Source of the DNA: Okeania sp.
GTDB taxonomy: Bacteria; Cyanobacteriota; Cyanobacteriia; Cyanobacteriales; Microcoleaceae
Assembly: GCF_035285525.1 (NCBI RefSeq)
Contig: NZ_JAYKGW010000020.1
Coordinates: 1 to 17,110 of the forward strand
Reading direction: 5' to 3'
Length of the DNA stretch: 17,110 nucleotides
Shown: piece by piece, positions 7,143 through 14,030 of the stretch
Numbering within the stretch: position 1 is the first letter of the stretch
Layout of the letters: the number at the start of each line of letters is the position of its first letter
Made by a program: the position numbers and the translations under genes
Notes under the pieces: generated by a model
What the model saw: only the letters and a program-made list of their open reading frames with translations
Told to the model about the DNA's origin: nothing
Database searches by the model: none

Positions 7143-7281
7143 ATACCATTATCTAGTCCGAAGGAACCATTGAGCTTGTAAGCATCTTTCAAATATACTC
7201 GCTCCATAAACTTAAACTCTAATTGTAACACCATCTGCTATAGCCTCTGTTTTGAGTCATCAGAGTTTTCTGTTTATTTAC

Positions 7282-7371
7282 AGGACTTACGCAAAGACAC
7301 TATAATATAGATAATTGGTGCGTTAGCCTAGCTTAACGCACCCTACCAATAGCGTTCATGGTTTTAGTCCT
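7282..7371 (-). mobile_element. MITE-like element, 90 bp, short form of the 5138..5314 family
   Basis: AGGACTTACGCAAAG...CACCCTACCAATAGCGTTCATGGTTTTAGTCCT. There is an internal 9-bp-stem hairpin, GGTGCGTTA(7317..7325)/TAACGCACC(7334..7342). Confidence 0.65.
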
Positions 7372-7590
7372 AATTTAATTTGAGTTTGGTTGTAATAGAT
7401 TTCATATACGGGTAAGCGCAGGCTATCATATAATAGTATGCGTTTGAAGGTATTATATTGTTATTCTCTGATTAGGTCAATCCTCCTTTATCGCTAGAAG
7501 ATTATCTAGTGAAATTACTATATTTTGCAATAATTTACTGATTTTAAGATTGCCCTCGGAAGAGAGTAACAAAAGAGAAATTTTCTTCAT

Positions 7591-7869
7591 TTAAACCCAA
7601 CGTATATTTCTTGCTAATCTGAGATTATGTATCCAAGGTTGATGGGCTAACTGTGTAACTGCTTCCGCAGAAAGTTTAGCTGTAAAAGTACATCGTTTAT
7701 GATTTACACCTCTGACACCAAGTTCTTCTAAAAAGCTGGCTTCTGTTTGCTTTGGCACTTCTGTTGTCCGGACAAATACTTCAATTTGCGGTTTTTGTGA
7801 TGTTCGGTTTTGATTCAAAGCATTCACTAAGCCTGGATCTAATTTGCGATAATCTTTTAAGTTTTCCAT
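7591..7869 (-). CDS. Hypothetical 92-aa protein (orphan small ORF)
   Basis: ATG at 7869, with AAGGAG (reverse complement of 7883..7888) 13 nt upstream. MENLKDYRKLDPGLVNALNQ...TFTAKLSAEAVTQLAHQPWIHNLRLA. From memory this resembles the short N-terminal module of some cyanobacterial subtilisin-like peptidases; that is unverified. It is the only ORF in a 1.9-kb repeat-rich stretch. Confidence 0.5.
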   Translation of the reverse strand: MENLKDYRKLDPGLVNALNQNRTSQKPQIEVFVRTTEVPKQTEASFLEELGVRGVNHKRCTFTAKLSAEAVTQLAHQPWIHNLRLARNIRWV

Positions 7870-7890
7870 TTTTTCATAGCACTCCTTTTT

Positions 7891-8111
7891 CAGTTATAGT
7901 TATCAGTTATCAGTTATTCAGTTATCAGTTAGCCTCCTGAGTCGGAGCTGCGCTTTTTCCTATAGGGAATGCTCCGCTTTCCATGTCGCGGAGCGAAAGA
8001 GTTAACAGCATCTCTGCTTGTTTACGCAGCATTCCGCAGGAAAGCCAGAGGCTGAAAATACTGCAGTTTATTTTTTTCTTTTCCGTCAATCCTCTCCCGA
8101 AAAGGTAGAGG
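7891..8111 (-). repeat. Composite dispersed repeat, copy 3 (reverse orientation, long form)
   Basis: The reverse complement reads CCTCTACCTTTTCGGGAGAGG...CAGTATTTTCAGCCTCTGGCTTTCCTGCGGAATGCTGCG...CAGGAGGCTAACTGATAACTGAATAACTGATAACTGATAACTATAACTG. The heptamer array (7891..7931) abuts the RBS of the 92-aa ORF. Confidence 0.7.
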
Positions 8112-8169
8112 TAATTATTCATTATTCATTAATAAAATATCTCAACAAAAGCTGAGTTTATTGGTTTTA

Positions 8170-8269
8170 AGACTTACACAAAAACTGGGTTTCTTAACAT
8201 AATTTCCTGATTTGAAAGACCAAAGATTAAGGAAGTCAATTTAATTTTTTGATTGGTTTGTGTAAGTTA
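8170..8269. mobile_element. MITE-like element, about 100 bp, with GACTTACACAAA / TTTGTGTAAGTT termini
   Basis: The inverted termini at 8171..8182 and 8258..8269 match at 11 of 12 positions. The interior is related to 6906..6997. Confidence 0.55.
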
Positions 8270-8560
8270 TGGCTCTGAATTATTGTTTTTTAGATTATGA
8301 AATCTAGTTAATAAACCCCTTCAATCTTTACAAAAAACCTAAATTTAGTTAATTTTGGTTTTCTTAATTTATTCTATTTAATAGGTAGTTTAGCATTTTA
8401 ATTTGGTTTGGTCAAGAGTATGAAATGAAGCTTAAAAATAATACTAAATTTGATTGAGAATAGAGGCTTAAATGTAAAGGTTCTGTAAAAGACAGAAATC
8501 AGCCTCCTTAAGAATTAAAATCCGTGGGTTTTTAGCTGAAATCTAAAAGATGATTAAATT

Positions 8561-8775
8561 TAATCCACAAGCTAGAAACCCCGTTTCTTGGAGATACTAA
8601 ATTATCACGGCCTATCTTTTTGTATTATGGTTAATTAATCCACAAGCTAGAAACCGGGTTTCTTGGAGATACTAAATTATTACGCCCTATCTTTTTGTAT
8701 TATCGTTAATTAATCCACAAGCTAGAAACCCGGTTTCTTCGAGAAACCGGGTTTCTTTTTGGAGATAATTATCCA
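8561..8775 (+). repeat. 75-bp tandem repeat, about 2.8 units, immediately 3' of the beta-lactamase-fold gene
   Basis: Units start at 8561, 8636 and 8711 (TAATCCACAAGCTAGAAACC...). Units 1 and 2 differ at 5 of 75 positions by my count. Each contains the palindrome AGAAAC-CGG-GTTTCT. Unit 3 carries an insertion that creates a long perfect hairpin. Confidence 0.85.
8724..8760 (+). terminator. Intrinsic-terminator-like hairpin: 15-bp perfect stem, 3-nt loop, T5 tail on the plus strand
   Basis: AGAAACCCGGTTTCT (8724..8738), TCG, AGAAACCGGGTTTCT (8742..8756), then TTTT. On the minus strand the same stem lies 16 nt past the stop of the 8776..10179 gene but has no U tail there. Confidence 0.6.
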
Positions 8776-10179
8776 TTATTCTGAGGATTTAAGATATTGA
8801 TAAGTCTTCTTAGACACCCCGCGAATCAACTCTACAGCATCCTGGTCATCATCCGGACGCTTCACCAGTACAGCCAAAAGATAACGCTTGCCATTAACCA
8901 AATCAATCATACCAGCATCCGCCAACACAGACTTCAGATTACCTGTTTTGTGAGCAATCACAGCACCTCTACCTATACCCCTAGGTAATAAAGAATCATT
9001 CTCAGTTCTCTCCATAATCCGAAATAAGCGATCGCGAGACTTCAGAGATACCAATCCCCCCTGATTTACCTGTGAAATTAAATTTATCAAATCCTTGGGA
9101 GTTGTTGTATTAGTTCCCGACAAGTCTGGTAAAGGATTATTAATAACAGTATTCTTTAAACCCCAACTTTGAAACAACTGATTCAAAACATCAGCCCCAC
9201 CAAGCGCTTCAATTAACATATTAGTTGCTGTATTATCACTAATCACAATCATCTTTGTCGCAGTTTCCAAAGCCGTATATTTGCTACCAGGTTGCCTAAA
9301 CTGCATATCTCCAGACCCCTCAGCTACATGAGATTCCTCCATTGTTAACATATCATCTAGTTTGATTCTGCCCTGATCTACTGCTTGGAAAAAAGCCATT
9401 AATATTGGCAATTTAATCGTGCTAGCTGCAGCAACAGCAGTGTCTCCATTAATATCCACATAAGCACCAGTATCAGTATCAATCAGAAATACTCCTGGTG
9501 TTAAATTTGGGTATTTGGCGATGACTGTATCTAACTCTGTTTTCAAAGCTGTAATTTGCCGAGTTTGTTGTACTGCTAAAGGCAGAATAGAAGGAGATTC
9601 CCATTCCTGATTTCCCTGTACCTCACTATCTGCTGCCTGAGAAATGGGATTAGAACTAATTCCAGGTTTCAAGATAGATAAGACTGTTCCACCAATCACT
9701 GCTATTCCCACACCTAAGATTAACATCCGAGTTGCATACAATAGCAAGGAAGAGGAACGAGAACGATGACGAGTTGTAACTGGCGCTTTTTTAGGCGGTA
9801 ATGACTCAGAAATAAAAGATTTAGTTTTTTCTGGTCGTTTCCGAGGGCGAGTAGATGGTGTATTTTTTGGTTCTGCGAGCTTCTTTAATCTAGCGAGTTG
9901 GTCTATTCTACTACGTTTAGCCCTATGAGACTGAAACTTAGGAATTTCTTGTTTGAAAGCTCTAGGTGTAACAGCTTTCTTTTTAGTAGGGACTGGTCTG
10001 AGAAATCTTTGTTCAGAAGTTGGCAGTGGAAACTTAGCTACATTACGCCTTTTTTTTAGAGGTAGCTGCGGTTGCAGCGGTTCAATAGACTCTTTACTTG
10101 ATTTTTGTGACTGAAAGTCTGATGTAGTAGTAGAAGGTACTACCGAAAGAATTGCTCGATTACGAAAACTCTGAACCAC
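8776..10179 (-). CDS. Membrane-anchored serine hydrolase with a class A beta-lactamase / penicillin-binding fold and a long basic Pro/Lys/Ser-rich N-terminal region
   Basis: 467-aa ORF. The TM helix is LLLYATRMLILGVGIAVIGGTVLSIL. Motifs SxxK (ASTIKLPIL), SDN (VISDNTATN) and KTG (AHKTGN) occur in class-A order and spacing. The first roughly 140 aa are low-complexity and K/R/P/S-rich. Confidence 0.9.
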   Translation of the reverse strand: MVQSFRNRAILSVVPSTTTSDFQSQKSSKESIEPLQPQLPLKKRRNVAKFPLPTSEQRFLRPVPTKKKAVTPRAFKQEIPKFQSHRAKRSRIDQLARLKKLAEPKNTPSTRPRKRPEKTKSFISESLPPKKAPVTTRHRSRSSSLLLYATRMLILGVGIAVIGGTVLSILKPGISSNPISQAADSEVQGNQEWESPSILPLAVQQTRQITALKTELDTVIAKYPNLTPGVFLIDTDTGAYVDINGDTAVAAASTIKLPILMAFFQAVDQGRIKLDDMLTMEESHVAEGSGDMQFRQPGSKYTALETATKMIVISDNTATNMLIEALGGADVLNQLFQSWGLKNTVINNPLPDLSGTNTTTPKDLINLISQVNQGGLVSLKSRDRLFRIMERTENDSLLPRGIGRGAVIAHKTGNLKSVLADAGMIDLVNGKRYLLAVLVKRPDDDQDAVELIRGVSKKTYQYLKSSE

Positions 10180-10527
10180 TCCAAATACCTTAATATATAA
10201 CTATAATTTTATTAACTAATACGATTCCAAGAATATCAAAAGCTAATCCGGCAAAAATAATTTTTTATTTGATTGAATAAATTCAAAATTAGAGGATATT
10301 CTCACAATTATTTCTGTTAATTTAGAGGTTTTGATATTTTTAAATATACAGTTCCCTGGCGTATGTAGATGTCACATTTGGTTAATTTATTGGCTGGTTA
10401 GCCAATACATTCAAGGATAGCTTTAAATTAATATTTACCATCAAGTTTAATAATAATTGGATGACATCCATAAATATTTTATAGTTTCCTGTACATAGAT
10501 TATCTTACAAGAGCTGTATGGTAAGTT

Positions 10528-10654
10528 GAAACCCAACTATAGTCAAACTTGACTAGGTTTCACTATTTTGCTTCAATAAGGGTAGGTTGGGTTGAGGGAC
10601 GAAACCCAACCACAGTCAAACTTGACTAGGTTTCACTATTTTGGTTCAATAAGG
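10528..10654. repeat. Two direct repeats with a 73-bp period and a 54-nt conserved core, each with a 14-bp palindrome
   Basis: Cores at 10528..10581 and 10601..10654 differ at 3 of 54 positions. The palindrome AGTCAAACTTGACT lies at 10541..10554 and 10614..10627. The hairpin GGTTGGGTT(10585..10593)/AACCCAACC(10603..10611) sits between the units. Confidence 0.8.
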
Positions 10655-10757
10655 ATAGTGCATTAGGACGGGCTTATATAAATCCTAGATAAGCATCAAA
10701 GTTCTTGCTAAAACCATGCCCTACCCCATGCACCATTTTAGATGAAACAATGCAGTC

Positions 10758-10848
10758 GGTTGGGTTGAGAAACCGAAATCGAACAATAGTAAAGCTTTAT
10801 TAGGTTTCACTATCGTACTGCTACGGGTCAGCAAGGTAAAACCCAACC
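10758..10848. repeat. Degenerate third copy, or MITE-like unit, bounded by GGTTGGGTT / AACCCAACC
   Basis: GGTTGGGTTGAGAAACCGAAATCGAACAATAGTAAAGCTTTATTAGGTTTCACTATCG... shares TAGGTTTCACTAT with the 10528 units. The 9-bp inverted repeat lies at 10758..10766 and 10840..10848. Confidence 0.5.
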
Positions 10849-10909
10849 TATACTTTTAACTGTTTCAGTCTACTACTGGACTTTTATTTGGAATACCCAG
10901 ACCAGAAAA

Positions 10910-11662
10910 TTAACTATCATGCTGATTATAATTAGAAAGTGCCCAATTAATTTGTCTAATCATTCCCCGTAACATTGCTATTTCTTGAGTGGAAGGATAA
11001 GCACGATTGTATAGACGACGGAATTTTTCCATTCTACTAGATGTTGTATGAGGATAAAGATAACCTATTTTCAGCAACATGGATTCTAAATCCTGATAAT
11101 ATGCTTCTAAAATATCTAGGGAGGCTTCTAAATCATGGCTTTGTTGGTTTTGAGAACTATTCTCCTGATTAAGTTGTGCTTGATATAGCTCATAACAACA
11201 GATGGCTACTGCTTGAGCCAAGTTTAGAGAAGGGTAAGCATCATCTGATTCAATACGGACAAATCTTTGGGCGTAGTTTAATTCTTCATTAGTTAAACCT
11301 CGGTCTTCTCTTCCAAATATTAAAGCTGATGAGTATCCTAGTAGCCAATGTAAGGAATTTTTCGGGTTTTCTAGGTTCGTGGGCAATGAACGGTCTAGAG
11401 ATGTTGTGGCGATCGCTCTTTGACATCCTTTGAGAGCTTCAGGTAATGTTGGGACTATGGTGGCCTTTTCTAAAATTTCTGCTGCATGAACTGCCATTTT
11501 TCGAGCTTCTGGCCCATTATGGTCGCATTGGGGGTTGACCAAAACCAAATTGTAGAAGCCCATATTTTTCATAATTCTAGCTACAGAACCAACATTTAGT
11601 GGGCCTTGGGCTTCTACTAAGACTATTTTTATTTGTGTTGATTCTGATTTGACCATATTCAT
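10910..11662 (-). CDS. trmJ: tRNA (cytidine/uridine-2'-O)-methyltransferase, SpoU/TrmH superfamily, TrmJ type
   Basis: IKIVLVEAQGPLNVGSVARIMKNMGFYNLVLVNP...ALIFGREDRGLTNEELNYAQRFVRIESDDAYPSLNLAQAVAICCYEL is colinear with E. coli TrmJ ([26 protein letters not shown]...LVFGRERVGLTNEEL...SLNLAMAV). I moved the start to ATG 11662 (or 11656). The ORF-track extension to 11782 reads through a heptamer repeat array. Confidence 0.88.
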   Translation of the reverse strand: MNMVKSESTQIKIVLVEAQGPLNVGSVARIMKNMGFYNLVLVNPQCDHNGPEARKMAVHAAEILEKATIVPTLPEALKGCQRAIATTSLDRSLPTNLENPKNSLHWLLGYSSALIFGREDRGLTNEELNYAQRFVRIESDDAYPSLNLAQAVAICCYELYQAQLNQENSSQNQQSHDLEASLDILEAYYQDLESMLLKIGYLYPHTTSSRMEKFRRLYNRAYPSTQEIAMLRGMIRQINWALSNYNQHDS

Positions 11663-11695
11663 TAATTGATAATTGATAATGGATAATTGATAATT
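11661..11695. repeat. STRR-like heptamer array (GATAATT x about 5) abutting the trmJ start codon
   Basis: ATTAATT GATAATT GATAATG GATAATT GATAATT, followed by AGGACTTGC, which resembles a MITE terminus. Confidence 0.75.
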
Positions 11696-11961
11696 AGGAC
11701 TTGCTGAAAAAGTCTGTTGGTGAAGGTAGGAAATGGGCAATAGGCAATAGTTACAAGCATTAATTTTTCTACATTTTTCCAATTTTTGTGAGGAAATATC
11801 CAGAGCTTTGAAGGTTAATTTAGTAGTTTTTTAGTAATTTTTGTGACTTAAAAAAGCCTTTAAGCTTTATCTGTGAATGGTTTAATATTTAATCATTAAG
11901 ACTTAATTAAAGAAATAAATTTTCTCTACTTGGTTCAATTCAAGTATGATTTTCACCAAAG

Positions 11962-11996
11962 GTAATTATCCATGATTAATTATTAATTGTTAATTA
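11962..11996. repeat. STRR-like heptamer array overlapping the HAD gene stop codon
   Basis: GTAATTA TCCATGA TTAATTA TTAATTG TTAATTA. Related GGTAATTATCCAT strings occur at 8111.., 8765.. and 15771... Confidence 0.6.
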
Positions 11997-12788
11997 GTTT
12001 ATCCCTACTCCCTGTCTTAATATTAATTCTGCTAATTCACAAAAACCTTCTGCTTCTTTTTTGCTAGTAACATAGACTGGCTGATCATTGAGTTTATCAG
12101 CATATTCAAGAACATTTGCCACACCGACTGACAAAGGAAATTTACTTTCTTGAAATAAACTTTCATCATTCGGACTATCACCAACTGTAATAATTTTTTC
12201 TGTTGTTAATGCAGAGAAATACTTTGACAAAACTTGCAATAGTCCAGTAGCTTTATCTTGTTCTAAAAGTTTGATATGACATTGCACAGTGCTATAGGTA
12301 AAACCATAACCTTTTGTTTCACAAATACCTGCCATTTTTGTTAGTTCAGAAAGACTTAAATCTTGCATATCAAAAGTCCAATCTGTTAATCTAAACTGAT
12401 TATCAAGAGATGGTTCAATTTGGGGAAATTGACTTTTTAAGTATTGGAAAACTTCAGCTAAATTTTGTCTGTGTAGAGCAATATTTGGAATAGAAGTTAA
12501 AATTTCTGGAGCTTCACTATGAAGAGGATAAAATAAACCGCCATTTTCAGCGATCGCTCCAACTATAGGCAAATAATTTTTGATAGCTTGCACCCAACCA
12601 GCAGAACGACCAGTAATTACTAATACCTGAATTTTTGATACTGATAACTTTTCTAAAGCTACAAAAATATCGGAAGTAAATTTACCATTTTTAGTTAATG
12701 TACCATCCATATCAGTAGCTATAATTTTAATATCTTTGAGGATAGTTTTTGCTATTTCTTTAGAGATAGGAATAAAAGGCATAATCAA
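11994..12788 (-). CDS. HAD-superfamily hydrolase, subfamily IIB (Cof / sugar-phosphatase-like)
   Basis: 264-aa ORF. Motif I is IIATDMDGTLT, motif II is VLVITGRS, and motif IV is VGDSPNDESLF. The cap region between them is typical of HAD-IIB. The substrate cannot be inferred. Confidence 0.88.
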   Translation of the reverse strand: MIMPFIPISKEIAKTILKDIKIIATDMDGTLTKNGKFTSDIFVALEKLSVSKIQVLVITGRSAGWVQAIKNYLPIVGAIAENGGLFYPLHSEAPEILTSIPNIALHRQNLAEVFQYLKSQFPQIEPSLDNQFRLTDWTFDMQDLSLSELTKMAGICETKGYGFTYSTVQCHIKLLEQDKATGLLQVLSKYFSALTTEKIITVGDSPNDESLFQESKFPLSVGVANVLEYADKLNDQPVYVTSKKEAEGFCELAELILRQGVGIN

Positions 12789-13010
12789 TATTTTGGATAA
12801 TAATTTCTCCTCAGCATTTAGCTGTCAGCTATGGCTTTTAATTTTTGATAAAAGCTTTATTATTAGGAGGCTTGCTGACTGCTAATAGTTGAATGCTGAT
12901 AATTTCTCAATTCTGTAGATTATATATTAATCCTATTCTATTCTTATCAAAAATTTTGCTACTTTATTGGTACAATAATAGAATTAACTAAATTGAGTTG
13001 GAATAATTTT

Positions 13011-13214
13011 ATGGATAATACTATCAAATGTGCAGAAGCTTGTGTGAATGGTTGTATTTTAGGCGATCGATGCCCAAATAAGACTTATGCTGAAGGCACT
13101 TCTAAATTTATAAGTAATACTTCTTTGGATCAAATGCTAGAAATAGCTGAAGAAGCGGTGAATAAGAAAAGAATGGCTTCTCCTAAATGGGTAATTCCTG
13201 AGCTTCCTAAATAA
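13011..13214 (+). CDS. Small Cys-rich protein (67 aa; 73 aa if TTG 12993 is the start)
   Basis: MDNTIKCAEACVNGCILGDRCPNKTYAEG... carries a C-x3-C-x3-C-x5-CP cluster. The ORF is compact and diverges from the HAD gene. Function unknown. Confidence 0.6.
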   Translation: MDNTIKCAEACVNGCILGDRCPNKTYAEGTSKFISNTSLDQMLEIAEEAVNKKRMASPKWVIPELPK

Positions 13215-13224
13215 ATATACAATT

Positions 13225-13400
13225 AGGACTTACCCATGAACGCTGGGTAGTGGATTGTTTCATCTTTAATTGTGCATTAGTAGGGGCGGGTTTTCACCAG
13301 AATTTTGATGGTTACTCCCAGATTTAGATAAACCCGCCCTCTAGGAAGGTTGGCTACATCATTAAGAGGGGGTTTTCACCAGAATTTTGATGGTTACTCC
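13225..13400 (+). repeat. Repeat cluster: a MITE left end, a GGGCGGGTTT/AAACCCGCCC hairpin, and two perfect 31-nt direct repeats
   Basis: AGGACTTACCCATGAACGCT (13225..) matches the left end of the 5138 element. The 10-bp stem lies at 13284..13293 and 13331..13340. GGGTTTTCACCAGAATTTTGATGGTTACTCC occurs at 13288..13318 and again at 13370..13400, a period of 82. Confidence 0.75.
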
Positions 13401-13463
13401 AATTTTTTATTCCTTAGTTCGGATACCATTGCTCATTCATTAATGCTATAGTTAAATGCTACT

Positions 13464-13505
13464 AAAAATAACTAAAAAAATCACAAAAATTAGTCAAAAA
13501 CAAAA
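13464..13505. other. Helically phased A-tracts (predicted intrinsic DNA bend)
   Basis: A5 at 13464, A7 at 13474, A5 at 13485 and A5 at 13496 (plus A4 at 13502). The spacings are 10, 11 and 11 bp. Confidence 0.55.
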
Positions 13506-14030
13506 TCATACTAATTAATAGTATTTAGAAATAAAAAACCTAAGTATAGCAAAATTTTTAACAAGTGATATTGATATTAGTTACACGATATTAATGATTT
13601 ACAAGGTATATGCTGAAACGTTTGTACTCAGAGCATTCTGCCCTCACGAGTAATATCTTAAATCTTGTCCAGGATAAATGTACCTTACAGGTAAAGGAAA
13701 GCACTCTAAGTGTTCCTTAAAACCAAAAATTTTATACTTCATAACAATGGAAAGCGCTGTAATATTCAGCACATAAATATCCCTTAGTTTCCTTTATATT
13801 TAATAAGCATTTGCCTATTTATGAGATTGTTAATATGATTAGGAATGATAATTTGATTATCTCCAGAAATAAATTAAGTTTACCATTTATGTGCAACATG
13901 AGTTATAATAAAAACGTATAAAACTTATTCAATTATCATTTTTTAATCATCCTAGATTGATTTATTAATACTACTCTCAAAATCATACATAATAATAAAT
14001 CTCTAGTAAAATTATCAACAAAAAAATAAT

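Noticed and set aside
7752-8122. ORFs 7752..7940 (+) and 7925..8122 (-)
   Set aside because: The first is antisense to the 92-aa ORF and then reads through the heptamer array. The second lies wholly inside composite repeat copy 3.
8561-8775. The tandem and direct repeats considered as a CRISPR array (also 10528..10654 and 13288..13400)
   Set aside because: There are only 2-3 units. In the 75-bp array the whole period is conserved, so no unique spacers exist. The repeats at the other two loci (54 nt with 3 mismatches, and a perfect 31-mer) have only two copies each. No cas genes are present in the window.
8797-8988. 63-aa plus-strand ORF
   Set aside because: It is antisense within the beta-lactamase-fold CDS.
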